A program made the translations under genes and the position numbers. The notes beneath the pieces are model-generated. The model saw only the letters and a program-made list of their open reading frames with translations, was not told the DNA's origin and made no database searches. A stretch of DNA of 64,000 nt, from contig JAYWIR010000008.1 of NCBI GenBank assembly GCA_036172245.1, positions 4,402,001 to 4,466,000 of the forward strand, in the 5' to 3' direction. Shown piece after piece: positions 10,950-23,399 of the stretch. The first letter of the stretch is position 1. Every line of letters begins with the position of its first letter. Source of the DNA: Raillietiella orientalis (lineage: Eukaryota).

Positions 10950-13900
10950 TTCGCCTTTGCAAGGAAGGACGACGGCGACTTCACAGGGTGAGCAATCACC
11001 TCGGGCATTTTTCTACAGCTTTCTTCGGAGGATGGAAATTTTCCAGGTGGGGCCATCCGGACGCCATTCTCAAAAAGCGAACTGCGAACTGGACAGCATC
11101 CCTCCCGTTTCTTCCTCCGTTGGCTTCGCCCCAGGCCGCCGCAATCCTGCGGATGCAGCAGAACGCTGCTGTGGCTGATCGCAGGGCATCCCTCACAAAG
11201 GGGAGCCGTAAAATGTCCTTGGGAGTGCCCTGAGGATCCGGACGGTCGTTCTGAAACGTTCCCATAGGGTCCGGAGGGCAACACAGTTTACAAGAAGGTG
11301 CAAGAGGGACTCTTGTTCCCTGCATCTGCGATAGTCCGGACTCGCCCCCAGCCTCCGGACCCAGCAATGTCGGCGTGCGTTGCGGGGAAGACCCAAGTGC
11401 AGCAGCCGAAGTGCCGGTTCCCGCCACTTCAGGGGGGGGGGGGGGGGTGCTACCGTTCCTGAGCTCTGAGGGCCACTCCAGGTCTCCCCTAGAAATATCG
11501 AGCAGCTTGCCCCAGCGCTGTAGCCCTTGTGGAAGGTACTCGGAGTCGCAGCATTCGCCAACCGCCCTGGTTGTGTCCGAAGGACACCACGAAAGGAACC
11601 TCTCCTTATTGGCATCTTTGGAAGGGTGATCGAGAGACACCCGAGCTCAACGCTGGCAATACACCGGAAAGAACACCACTGTAACGGACTCGAATCCCGA
11701 TGGTGACGCTGTCTGCGACTTCTCCTGCAATTGAAAGAAGAGCTGAAGATGATCTTATGGCAGCTGGTAACTGAATCCACTAGGATGGCAGAGCTACCGA
11801 GCGGTGCTTTGGTCTTTCGACATCTCCTACTCTTCTCCCTAGCCCGTCCCCTCGTCGTGTCTCGCCATTCGGCATCGAGAGATGAGGATCCAAGGAATCA
11901 GGTAACGAGTTCCAAGCAATATGCTGGAGCTGCACACGCGGCAGGCCCTATAGCAGTGCCCAATTCAGATTGCGTGCCTCGGAAACTACTCAAAGAAGAT
12001 GTGATGCTCATGTCTGTGATCCAGGTAGACTGGATCCTGGCAGCTGTCGGATCTTGATCTGAAAGGAGAAGACCAAAAGAGGCACGAAAAGAGCGTGCAC
12101 GAAAGAGGAATGCGGGATGACGCTGATTGATAAGGCGTTCGTGAATCACATGCGATGCCATGTTAGTGGGGAGGGCAGAATCTGCCCTCGAGTGATGGTG
12201 CGCAGCATGGGTGAGCGACCCGCGTTTTTTTGGAGGGTTCCGTGGGTGGTTTCACGGAGGAATTTGAGAGGCACCGCCGTCGCTTCTTTCCGAGCTCGTC
12301 TGCAGCACGGTTGCGACCGAAATCTCGGTTCCAGGATCAAGCAGCATCCAGGATGCGAAATGAAGCTGCTGCATGTCCGTTTCGTGCTGCTGCTTGGATC
12401 TTGGGCTCAGTGGCACCTGGATGGCACGGTTTGCACCATGCGAAATCGACCGGCTCACTCCTGCAAGGCAAGGGAAAACTGTGGCCCCACGAAGAGGTGA
12501 TCACTTCTCGCAAAGAGGCTTTTACCTCGTCTTTGGCTCTCGCCGCCGCAAGGAAGATCGAAGGCAGCTGCCCAGGCTGCAGGGTAGGGTCGAGCTTCTC
12601 TGCAGTGGCCATGAAGGACCTTTCTTTTCCGCGAGGCTGCTTTTCCGTCCATAGAGGCGTGCTATGGGCCACGATTTCACACTCGATAGATGCCACTTCC
12701 GTGGATGGAAACTTCTAATCAGAGTTCCATTCTCCACCTTCTTTAACGTCTCGAGAAGCCTCTCTGCCCTCTCCTGTCCGCTTGTGAGTTGCACGAGTCG
12801 ACACCAGAAAGGATGGTCTCGAATAAAAATTAATGAAAGAAGATGGAAAACTTTGCCATGAGACAACACGCTTATCGACCCTTGAAGATGGAGTACACCA
12901 TGAGGTACATCATAATGGAGAGGAAGCAAATTGATCAGAAGTCGGCACGAAGTCTTAGCAGTCGATTCCTTCCCAGCCGGCCTGGATTTTCAGACTTCAG
13001 ACCTGGCGACAGACTTCAGGAATCCTTGAGGACCGTGACCAGATGGAGCGGTGGTGGGTCGCCTGCAGTGAATGGGAGTGAGCGTTTTCCAAAGTCCGAA
13101 CCGAAAGCGCGAGATGCACTTTGCTGCCATCTAGTTCTTCTACCGTTCACTTCCGCCGGGGAATGGGAAAATTCTGCTTCGCAGTTTCTCCGCGAGATGC
13201 CCTAGGACTAGTAGACCGAAGCAAGATCCCTCCGCTTTTTTCTCCGGAGCAATCCTCTTTAGCGGAGGATCTGTATTTCCTCCTCCTGTCACAAATCTGC
13301 AAGGATCGATGGCCCCGGATTACGGGTCGAGGGAGCTCTCTCTTGAGCGCATGGGAACAGAGCGATCCTCAAGCGAGGAGGTGCCTTCGCAGCGCAGGCA
13401 GTTGGTGGCGTCTGATGGCTCTAGTAGCATGCTGATGCCGAGCTGCGCACGGAAGTGGGGACCGTGTCACTGGAGCGGGAGTCAGGACCCCTTGAGTCAT
13501 CCTGGAGGAGTCGTGCGTGTCCCCAGCAAGCGAGAGCATGGAGACAAGCCTATTCTTCTCCAGTATGGCCGAAGGACAGGTCACATGGAGGAAGGCCGCA
13601 AGGATCCGTGGATCCTTCACAACTGGCAAAGTGGACACGTGGTTAAACCGCGAAAGGCACCATCCGGAGGGATTCACCCCAGAGATCCTAGAGTACCTGA
13701 GCCCTCGGCCTGCCTCTCCGGTTCGTCCGAGCGTGAGATGCCGCGATGCACCCATTTCAGGGGTCACGGCTCTCTGAACAGCGGGACAACTCCCGAGGTC
13801 CACACTCCTCTTGCTGCTCTAGGTATCCGGATAGGCACCTCCCCCGGCGCACCGGCCGTGGCGCCCTAGTCAGATGACCTTCTTCTGCCCTTCTCCTTCC

Positions 13901-14040
13901 CTCGGGGGATTCCTTGGGTTGATGAGCAAGGAAGGGGACAGGCCCGTCAAAGGGAGCAAGTCGGCAGCTGTATCGTTTGGTGTGGGGTGAACCGAGAGGC
14001 CAGATAGCAGCCTCCTGGGTCAACCCCTTCGCGTATTCCA
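10950..14040 (-). mobile_element. Decayed RLE-type element (RT through extra C-terminal module)
   Basis: Minus: DLENA-like (~13090), GVL..QGSIS (~12890), F..DLVQLTSGQERAERLL (~12800), AFLFRAR (~12100), H..RH (~11970), LPDSLD / AILVDSV (RLE-like, ~11900-11780), KWREPALRLLHLGLP..SPDYRRC..ESLLHLLVNCVALRTLW (~11430-11260), FCCIRRI, WPH. Confidence 0.7.
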
Positions 14041-14149
14041 AAGTCTTGTCTGGAGACTCGCAGCAACCAACGTCCCGTCTCCTCCAGAGCGGCCAAATCC
14101 CCTTTCCTCTGCTTTTTTGATTGTCTCGCCCCCTCCGGATTAGGACAAC

Positions 14150-14250
14150 GGAGAAACGGATTCTAACCCACGGCGCAATGAGTGGGGTAGGTGGGGTGGG
14201 GAGTGGATCGGCAACGTCCGGAGTCTGGCTGTAAGACCCGGCCTCCCTCT
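14150..14250 (-). mobile_element. Fragment of tRNA-headed SINE-like repeat
   Basis: ggattctaacccacggcgca resembles ctcgaacccacggcgca of the copy at 14861. Confidence 0.35.
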
Positions 14251-14339
14251 TCGGATGTTGGAAATTCTTCTTTTCTGTCTTCGATGCTTTCTCAGATCTT
14301 CAGAACTGCTCCACGCCACCCGAGGGTGTGTAATTCTCC

Positions 14340-14970
14340 AAGATGGGGGGGTACCCCGGAAATGGTCCTCCCTATGAATCGAGGAAGGACTCGGAGTCCA
14401 TTCCTCTCACGCCTGGGGGGAAATCCATGGAATAGAGATCGTCTCCACCTTGCTTGTATCCGAAAGGAACTTCGAAAGGAATCTTCTCTTCCTTATTCTC
14501 TCCGGAGGGAACCCCGGAGGAGTCCGCCCCATTTTTTCTTCTCCGAAGGGAACCTGCAAGGGAACCTCTCCCGTTTTATTCCTCTGAAGAGAACCCTGAA
14601 GGGACGTTTCCGAAATTCAGAAGTGCGCTGCTTCCCCGAAGGGAGCGGCGGCACGCTTCTCTACACTCTCTGGATAGGTAGCGACATCTGCTCCATAAGT
14701 ACCTTCGGTTGTGGAGGGGGAGGGGGAGCTCACCATTCCTTGATTCCTGGAAGAACCCGAAGGTCGACTCCTATTGTTCTGACCCTCGTCGGGGGCATCC
14801 GGTTTGTCAGTGCCGCACCCGGATGAATGGAGGCCAACCAGCGTCATCTTGCGGGAGAAACTCGAACCCACGGCGCACTGCATCGATTCATTTCGGGGTT
14901 TTCGAACCCTCGGCGTCTGGTGGTGCCACGCGCAAAGACCGCAGCAGCCACAGGGCCTCCGACGAGGGCC
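14340..14970 (-). mobile_element. tRNA-headed SINE-like repeat, copy 1
   Basis: B-box-like GGTTCGAA on minus at 14901-14908 and a second at 14861-14870. Body shared with other copies (gattcctggaagaacccg, gcatccgg, ccgaagggagc, acactct) plus GAAGGGAACCCTGAAGGGA-like sub-repeats. Confidence 0.7.
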
Positions 14971-14984
14971 GGAACCTGAACTCT

Positions 14985-15670
14985 CCACACCGAGCCAGGA
15001 GGGATTTGGGCGCTAACTTTCGGAGACAGGAGGTGGGTGCTGGTCTTCGCGCCTGGCCGCAGGTGGCGCGCTGGAAAGGTAGCTTCTCTCCTCAAAACGA
15101 CAGCCCCGCACACATTCAAAACACAAAAAGAACAAAGCGGCCAACTGAGTGACTCTGTAGGGTCGAGGAGGTAGGGGTGGCCGGGATAGGCAGCGTCTAG
15201 GGTCTTTCGCCACCCTTGCTGCGCAGAACTCGCTCTGTTTCCTCCATGTTTCCTGCATTTCCCCTCCAGGCTATGAGCTGCGTCCAGCTGCCACGAGGCC
15301 ACGCTGACCCGCGTCCGCAGTGCGGCGGTCAATCGCTCCCGGGCGTAGGTGAAGAACTCCGGCCACGTGCAAGCTCCCTGAACGGTCGCCCCTCTGCTGA
15401 GGGCGCAGCGGGGAGGGAAACAAGGCGAAGGCTGTGCCTCATGGGTGGCAGAAAATCCTGGATGCTGCCGACCCCGGTCACCCCTGCTTCCTCGACCCCA
15501 CAGAGTCACTCAGCTGGCAGCTTTGTTTTTTTTTGTTTTAAATGTGTGCGGAGCTGTCGTCTGGAGGAGAGCAGCGACCCCTCCAGCGAGCCTCTTGCAT
15601 GTCTGACCCCAGGGTCACTCTTCCTCACCTCCCCCGATTCGATACCAATCCTTCCGTTCACCATGGAGAC
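14985..15670. mobile_element. MITE with long terminal inverted repeats
   Basis: 15082-15215 is the diverged reverse complement of 15443-15575 (e.g. ctgagtgactctgtagggtcgagga vs tcctcgaccccacagagtcactcag). Weaker similarity extends outward. Confidence 0.8.
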
Positions 15671-15689
15671 TCCCGTTGCAACCGGGCGC

Positions 15690-16402
15690 CGTTCCCTTCG
15701 GAGCCTTTTATTGAAGGAGGTGCTCTGCGGAGGATGTTTTTCCGCGCGAGCCCCCCCGAGGGGAGAGATCCCCGAAGGGGACCTCCACCCTGGTTGTCTC
15801 CGAAGGGAACCCTGAAGGGAATCTCCTCTTTCTTATTCTCTCTGGATGGACCCCCCGGAGAGGTCCGCTCCATTTTTTCTTCTCTGAAGGGAACTCGGAA
15901 AGGATCCGCGATTAGGAATTTCTTCTCCGGAGGGACTCCTCGGAAAGGATCCAATCCTCGTTTCATCCTCTGAAGAGAATCCTGACGGGACGCTTCCGAA
16001 ACTTCTCTGAGGGGCGCTTCCCGGTGGGAACAGCACGCTTCATTACACACTATGGAGCGGTACCACACCCATACTCTATGGTGAGAGACGAAGGGTCCAT
16101 CCACAAGGGGAGGGACAGATCCTTTGAACAGCCGGAGGAGAACTGTCCACTCGTTGATTCTGTTTCCTAGAAGAACCCGGAGATCGACTCTTAATCCCGG
16201 TCACTCATCGGAGGCATCCGGTTTGAACTGCTACCAGTGCCGCACCCGAATAGAGACTAGCCAGAGTCATCTCGCGAGAGGAACTGGAACCAACGACGCA
16301 CCCATCTCTTGGCATCCATGCTTCCCAGGGTGGGATTCGAACCCGCGACGCCTGGTGCCACGCCTTGCGGAAACCGTAACCACATGGCCTCCGACGCGGG
16401 TC
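15690..16402 (-). mobile_element. tRNA-headed SINE-like repeat, copy 2
   Basis: Minus strand: aggccatgtggttacgg (A-box-like) then cgcgggttcgaatccc (B box, 16332-16347); body homologous to copy 1. Confidence 0.75.
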
Positions 16403-17149
16403 TTCCTCCCAAGGGGGGAAAGGAGATTCGGGAGAGAGCGCGCCACACTCACGTCGGAGGTACCACTCGACGGTGTTAGGTCGTCGCGGCTGACCTCATG
16501 CCGTCTAGAGGGGGAGGCAGCGGCAAGTCCGAGAAACGCGTGGGTTCGAAGGGGGAGGCAGAGAAAAGGGGAGGCTTCCTCGAGTGTCCGCGACGGCCAT
16601 GACCCCTCTGCCTTCACGGATGCCCGAGAAGAGTGGCGTGATCCTTCACAGCTTCTTTCGGTTACCGGGGTGGAAGGTCCTCTAGGTGGCCTCTCGGGCA
16701 CTCCACGGCCTAGGAGACCGAGATCCATGCTTCGGTGGAGATCCGACGGCATCTCCGTTGATCCTGCCGCTCCAGAGACTCGGCGCGTCCGGTTCTTCAT
16801 CCCGGGAACCGTCATTTATGTTCTCTTCCGCTGGTGACCTCGTTTTTTCCGGGAAAACTCGAGTCAGAGGGCTTCGCAAGAGAGTTTTCTCTTCTCACTC
16901 GCCGCACCTCACCTCGGCAGTAAGGAGACAGTGGCGGGGAGGCGGTGTTGGCGCCTCCCGGAGGATGGTTCTCCTACGCACCCGTGACGCCAACGGACAA
17001 GCCTGCGCGCAGTCGAACTCCGCCCTCCTCATCCCTTGTACCACACGAGTGCCCCTTAGAGGAGGAGAGAAAGGCGAGCTCGGCAGGTTAGTGGAGGCGT
17101 GCGCGCGCCGCCGGCGGAGGTCACTCGCAGCGGCGTACCCAGCGCGACG

Positions 17150-17950
17150 CGGATGAGGTGAGCGGACGCCGGTAAAAGAACGGGAGGTTTCAAACGGCTG
17201 CTCCGGTTCTGTGTCGTCGCCACGCCAACGGCGGCGTGGAGTAGGGATCGTAGCGCACTTTTCTCTCTTCTCTTCCCGGCGCCTGTCGCAAGGACGGGGC
17301 CAGGATGGGGCGTCCTTGGAGGTGGCAGAGAAGCCCACTCGCCTCTTGTGATCCTGGAAGAGGGGCTTCGTCCTCGTGTGCTCCTCGCTTTGTGGGACTT
17401 GGCGCGGCTCCCCGACCGCGATCTTCCCGTAGTAGGATCGTCGTCTAACCTGGACTGGGTGACTCCCTCCTCTGCTCTGATCTATATCCTCTCCTCCGAT
17501 TCCTGGACCAGCTCCTTCGCCCGGCACCATCGAGCCAGCAGCCCGCTTGCCGCTCCCCGCTCTTCCATGGTCTTTCGGAGGAAACTCTGGAGGAGGCGGA
17601 GTACACGGAGCAGTCTCCCCAGAGCGCCTTGGGCGTGAGAACGCGGACCCGAGGTCGCCAACGGCAGTAGGGGCTGCCATCGAGAAATGGCTCTCCAAGG
17701 CCGACAAAGGGAACACCATGGACGGTGACGTATAGTGGAGAATGCGTGGCGGGAGGGGAAAAGGAGCGGCGCGCATCCAGAAGACCCCTCTCCGCCTTCG
17801 GAGGGCGGCAGCCCGAAGAACTATGTTCTCAAGTTTGCTCGTAGATGGCAGCACGGGTCCCACGCTCGAGAAACTCTCGGGAGCGAGTCCGATCGACGGA
17901 GACCTGGAAGCGGAGAGAAGCTGACACTGGCACGTTGGCCATTTCTCGGA
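17150..17950 (-). mobile_element. Decayed LINE RT fragment
   Basis: PVLPSTSKLENIV (~PIxL..KxLE), GDLGSAFS (~LDxxxAFD), LLQSFL, VPGEGAGP (~GVPQG..LGP), YYGKIAV (~YADDxAV), in the correct order. Confidence 0.4.
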
Positions 17951-17989
17951 GCTCTAGGCAAAAAGGAGGCTTCCTGAGGACATGAAAGC

Positions 17990-19920
17990 GAAGGTGTCTC
18001 GGCTCAAACCCCCGTCGGGGGAGAAGAGCGTTCCAGACGCGGACTGTACGGGGACAAAAAACCAAGCTGCTCTTGCGCTCTCTGCAGAAGTGGACGGGAG
18101 AAAGGACGTATCGCTGCCCGCCGAGGAGAATGGGGGAGAGTCATCCTCCAGCTTAACTCATGAAGGCCGAAGGAGGGTCTTGAATGCCAACTGGTCCAGG
18201 TTGACGGAGAAGATCCTCGTGAGGCCGAGGAGGACGCTTGGTCCCACGGCGCTATCACTCTAGATGCGCAAAGAGGACCCCGGGGGACGTGGAAGTGTCA
18301 GACAATTCCCTCCTTGGTTGCTTGCCGATAGCGCGGCGGCGGCCGACGCAAAAGCTGGGGGTTCCCATGGCAGCGTCCTTCCGAGGCGATTCGCTCTGTG
18401 GAGCACGGAAATCTCGAGGCACTGACGGTTTCCCGTCACCGTCAGATCTCGAGGCCGAGCAGGACGGAGCAGCGTCCCTCCTCCGCTTCTTGAGAAATCC
18501 TCGGGGAGGACCAGGACTCTGGCAGCCGAAGGATGCCGCAACAAGATGACGAATGGGGAGGGACCGACCGGAGCGCGGTCAGAGGGAAACGGGAAGGATG
18601 GTGACCGCTTGAGATGGATGGGGACGGGGGAAGGGACGCGGGCGACCAGTGATTTCGTGTGATCGATGAGGGAGGCCGCGGAAGCGCCACGACGCCGCCC
18701 TAACGGAGCCGCGACGAGATGGAGGGAAGAAACACCGGATGACGAAGGAGCAGTTTCTTTCACGTCCCTCTGGGCGACGGGCAGGGTTGCCCGGGAAACC
18801 GAGGGCGCTTCCGTGACCACCATGCTCTCCCGAGGGCGCAGGAGGGAAGCGAAGAGTCCTCCTAGTGGCGGAGGAACGACTGAAATCATCCATGGGATCG
18901 AGGGAGGGAGAGAAAGAGAGGAAATATGAGAGGAGGGGTAGGTGGAGGACTGGAGAGGAGGAAGGACGCGCTTGTGGCCGTAGCTCTCCCAAAAAGCCCC
19001 GGATAAGGGCCCGTGCCTCCGGCAGGGATGCGGTGGCGTGCCTCCCGTATCCGATGCCATCTTTCGGGTGGGGAAGCTCACTCGCAAGCAGGAGCGGGCA
19101 CTCTCTTGACTGAGATCTCTCTGAGCTCCCAGCTGAGAGAGGACCCCTCGCTCTGCTGCCCTCCAGAGCTGTCGCCCTCCGAGCGGCTGAAGGAAGGAAG
19201 ATGCGAGCTGCCCCGAAGCATCCGCCCCCTCCGGATTGGCCCGGCGTTCAAGGACGCCGCGGTCGCCCTCGTTCGCCTTCCTTCCTTCACTTCAACAGGA
19301 GCGCAGGAACCCGGGGAGCGGAGGAGGAAGTGGAGGGAGGGATTTATCCGCATCCCGGGAACGGGGCCGGGGAGCGGGGAGCGGAACGATGCCGAAGACC
19401 GCATGACTCTCCTCTTCGTCTACGAGGACGGGGCGCTGCCCTCTGATGCTCCCCCCTCCGTCCGCGCATCGTGTCGGGTCTCGCAGGGGCGGCCCGGAAG
19501 ACGCGAGGGCTTTTCGGGAAGGCCGTAGGACGCTTCTCCCCTCTCTCCCTCCGCCGGACGTGGAGGGGTCGTGCGGGTCACATCTGCCGGACCGTCCGGG
19601 ACGCCGCATTCGCGCAGGATCGATGGAGCTCGCGGGTGCTTCAGGGGTCAGGGTTGGCTCGCAGGCATCCGCCTACATCGACTACTCTTTACGACTGGAC
19701 AGGTGGCTCCTTCCAGGATTCCCGGGAGAAACACCCGGGCTCTTCTAAAATTGGATCCAGCAGTCCGCGAGCAAATCCTGGGCTTCCTGGGCCACGCCCT
19801 TCCCGCGACCCAACCCTTCTGCTCGACGGGCCGCTCCACCCGTGCAGGAGCCGGCAACTCTATCCCTTTCCTTCTGGGAAGGACGGCACGGACTTCCTCA
19901 AAAGTCCCATTCATCTCACC
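17990..19920 (-). mobile_element. Decayed LINE ORF2 (RT to 3' end; CR1/L2/Jockey-like)
   Basis: TFEEVRAVL...LPGILEGATCPVVK (~19900-19680); PQ..SSPVL..MDDF (~18970-18880); LLGLEI; FCPRTVRVWNALLP (~FPRTxxxWNxLP, ~18050). Confidence 0.55.
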
Positions 19921-22133
19921 CGTCCCTCTGGCTGACCGTGGGCACGTCAGACTGGGTCATCGCCACCTGCTCCCGACGAAAGTCGTCTGTCCTGCTCCGC
20001 AGGAGTCCCCCCCGTCTCTCATGGAAGCGGGGAGGCGACGCGGACCTCTGACCCCTCTCCTCAGTGCCTCCCTCTCTTGACGCAGTTCGGAATCTCGCGG
20101 CGATCCGACGATGGACGCCGGAGCCTCTGAGGAGTTCACTCGCTCCTTCGGGCACTGCCGGAGTGACAGGCAGAGCCCGAGGCAGTGCTGGGCGCGGGAA
20201 GGATGGATCCACGGCTCCCGAAAATGGGCCGCTTACCGCTCTCCAGAACCGTCCTCCGTGACGCCGTCAGGTCGCTTGGGAAGCCGCCTTGCCTCTGCCG
20301 CGGGCGCCCACAGGTTTCCCGACCACGGGCGTCCCCACGTCCGCAGTGCCGTCGAGGAACCTCTCGACGTGCACCCGCTCCCCCTCCCGGGTGGGTACGG
20401 CGGACGCGCGCGCGCCTGAGGTAGCGACCATTTTCCTGTGGGCTCTCCCCGACATCCCCTAGAGGAGCCCTCGGCTTCTTCATCGCCAAGCCCTCAGTGG
20501 AGGGGACCCGCCGTCCACAGGCAGGCGGGCGGGCCACCAGCTGCTGCCACGGCAACCCATCCAGCCTCGCCCTCCCGGCGTGTCGCTGACGAGGACTAAA
20601 TCTGCTCAGCGCGCTGCCCACGGCTACGCCTCCTCTGCTCCCCTCCTCCAGCTTAGCGGCTTCCTGGAATCCTGCCTTTCCCAGCCGCTCCCGAAATTCG
20701 AAAGCGAGAAAAGAGGAGATCAGGATCGATTCGGGACGGAATCTCAAAGCTCTCCTTCCAGGGGGGAGGAGGAGCCCGTTTGCGAGCAACGGAGAGAGGA
20801 GCGCAAGAGGAACGCAGCCACATCCCGCGGGCGCCTCGAGTCTCAGCCCTTCCTGCCCCCGGCGAGTCTACTCCCGGCAGCGGAGGGCTGGCACCTCAGG
20901 TCAGGTCATTCGTCCCCGGCGTGGAAGGCAGGTCGAGTCTGTGGGCGCGAAGGACGGAAGCTGCGGGCGAGGAGGCGCCCCAAGGGACCCGGGAGTAGAG
21001 GGTGGACGGTCTGCGGTTCCCGAGGCTCGCGAAGGGCCGGCGGCGGCGGCGGCGGCAACGAAGCCTTCCCTCGTCCCTTCGTTTTCCTCATCCCCTCGTC
21101 TCTTCTGGGTTGGTCGCTACCCGTTCGGGAGGACTGTCCACACCGCGTCTCGCCCGCCCGCGTGCGCGTGCGCGGACTCACCCTCCGGGGATTCGCTTTC
21201 GCGCGTGCCAGCCAAGGTCACCCAGGATGAGTCCGGCATGTCCCCTCAACCTGCATGGGCTGGAAGAGCGCTTCCTGGATGGCGTCCTCCCTGACAGGTC
21301 TCATCTCTCCCCCTTCGTTTCCTGAGAGCCTCCTCGGCCTCGAGGTGAAAACCTCATCGGGGTGTCATCCGCGATCCCTGACCTCCTCCGTCGCCACGCC
21401 CCTGTTCTCGTGTGATCTCCCAGAGCAGGGATTTTTCGTGACATCCGTGCGGTCCTCCCTCTAGCCCGTGACGCGGCCCCCGTTTTCAGGATTGCCCGGC
21501 CGCCTTTCGCGTTCCGCCCGGGAGTCTCCTCCTCCTCTCTTGCCGAGCGACCATCGCCTTCCGCCCGAGGAGCGTCGCCCTTTCCTGGGACCGCGCCCGC
21601 ACTTCCGACGCATTGCCCGTCCCTTCCCGCTACCGGGAGGCACCGCCCGGTTCCCGGGAACGCGGCACGAAAGCGCCTCCGCCCTCTCTTCTCGTGCGGC
21701 AGAGAAGTGCATGCGTCGGGAAGGGGCGTGGGCGGAGTCATCCGCCCGGGGAAGCACCAGGGGAAACAGCGAGGATAGGGAAGGAGCGCCCTCCGTGGAA
21801 AAACCTGCCGACGCCTCCGGGCCTGTTCAACCTTCGGCTCAAGGAAAGGGCGGCGATCGTAAATTCGCGCTCTCTCCAGACGGCGGCAGCGGCGCGTCCG
21901 TTCGCGCCAGGAGGGGTGGCCAAGGACGCTGCCGCCGGGAGGCCGAGAGCACTCGCGCCGGCCCCCCTCTCTCCCCCCCCCCCGTAGACGCCCACGGAGC
22001 CAGAGCGGATGCCGCCTGAGCGTGAAAGGGGGAGAGAGAAATCCCGACTGGGAGCTCCCGTCGCCCACGACCGGGCCTGGAGGTGATCCCGCGGAGAGGC
22101 GCCGTCTCGACCCGCGCGCACTCGGCACTTCCC

Positions 22134-23361
22134 TCGTCGCGCCCTTTCCGATCGGCGCCGTCCGTGCGCCCGGAGCGCGGAGGGCAAATGGTTCGGGCCG
22201 GAAGGAAGGGAGGAAACTGCGTCACCTCTGCTTCCCTCCCCTCCCCCCGAGAGTCGAAGATCCCCAGCTCGCGGGAGCGCCGGAGACGGGCGATCTCTTG
22301 AGTCACCTTCTCCGGGAGACCCGAGCTCTCAGCTCCGCGAGCCACCGCGGAGGGATCAAGTTCGCCGGAACATCGGCGACCTTCCTCCGGGGGTCGCCCG
22401 GAGAAGGCGCCATCTCGCCGACCGGTTGCGAGCGTCGCCGCTCGCAGACGTCGCTAGAGGCATCCCCCAACCCGGAGGCACGCCACTTCCTTCCGCTTTT
22501 CGTTTCCGCCCGAGGGCAACGGGCGCTCCAGAAACGGAGGAACCCTTTCGGAGGGAGGGCGTTCCGAGATATCACGCTGCCGCCCTCGCGCCTGGGAGGA
22601 AAGAAGGTCGTCGCCGGCCAACCGGAGAGGGTGGTCAGCCAGAGTCCGAAAGTCGCGCCTTCCCCGGTACGAAGGGAAGACGCAGCCCAGGAGGTGCCGT
22701 TGGCCTGCCGGCGGCCGCAGCGGCGCTCGATGACGGCGGCTGTGGGAGGAAGGCTCATCGCGGCAGCCGCTGGGAGCGTTCCAGTAGTCCGGACGGGATG
22801 GCGGGATGCCCTCGCAGCGTCCCCGACAGGGCTTTCCGGCGACGGATGGAGCGCGAAGGAGGACGAGCTGCAGGCTCTGGCGAGGCGAAGGGGAGGAGGC
22901 TGCCGCCGCCTGCATGGCGCCGCCCGGCGCTGCGGCGGTCACTTTCGCCGGAGGATGCGGCGTCGGCCATGTCGCAACACCTAGGAGAACGAGTGGGGCG
23001 GATGGAGAACGAGGAGGATGGGTAGGGAGTTCCTTGGCGCTCGTCGGGAAAGCGAACGAGAGCCAGGGGCGCTCGCGACCGGTCGTAGAGATGGCGCGGT
23101 CTCCGGGAGACCCCCGAAGGAAGGTCGCCGATGCTCCGACGAACTTGATCCCTCCGAGGTGGCTCGCGAGGCCGCGAGTTCGGGTCTCCCGGAGAAGGTG
23201 ACCCGAGAGATCTCTCGTCTCCGGCGCTCCTGCAATCTGGGGATCTTCGACTCCCGGAGGGAGGGTAAGCAGAGGTGACGCGGTCCCTTCCTTCGAACCC
23301 GGGTCATTTGCCCTCCGCTCTCCGGGTGCACGGACAGCGCCGACCGGAAAGGACACGACGA
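22134..23361. mobile_element. Fold-back element: ~300-bp inverted arms around a ~635-bp spacer
   Basis: 22134-22434 and 23070-23361 are highly similar reverse complements. Both arms translate as PGDPRRKVAD.P.NLIPPRWLA on opposite strands. Confidence 0.9.
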
Positions 23362-23399
23362 AGAAAGAGCAGAAGCTGGAGACCGCATGCGAAGTGCAA

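Noticed and set aside
16325..16402. tRNA gene
   Set aside because: A/B boxes are present but there is no convincing cloverleaf, and it is attached to a repeated body, so it is treated as a SINE-like head.
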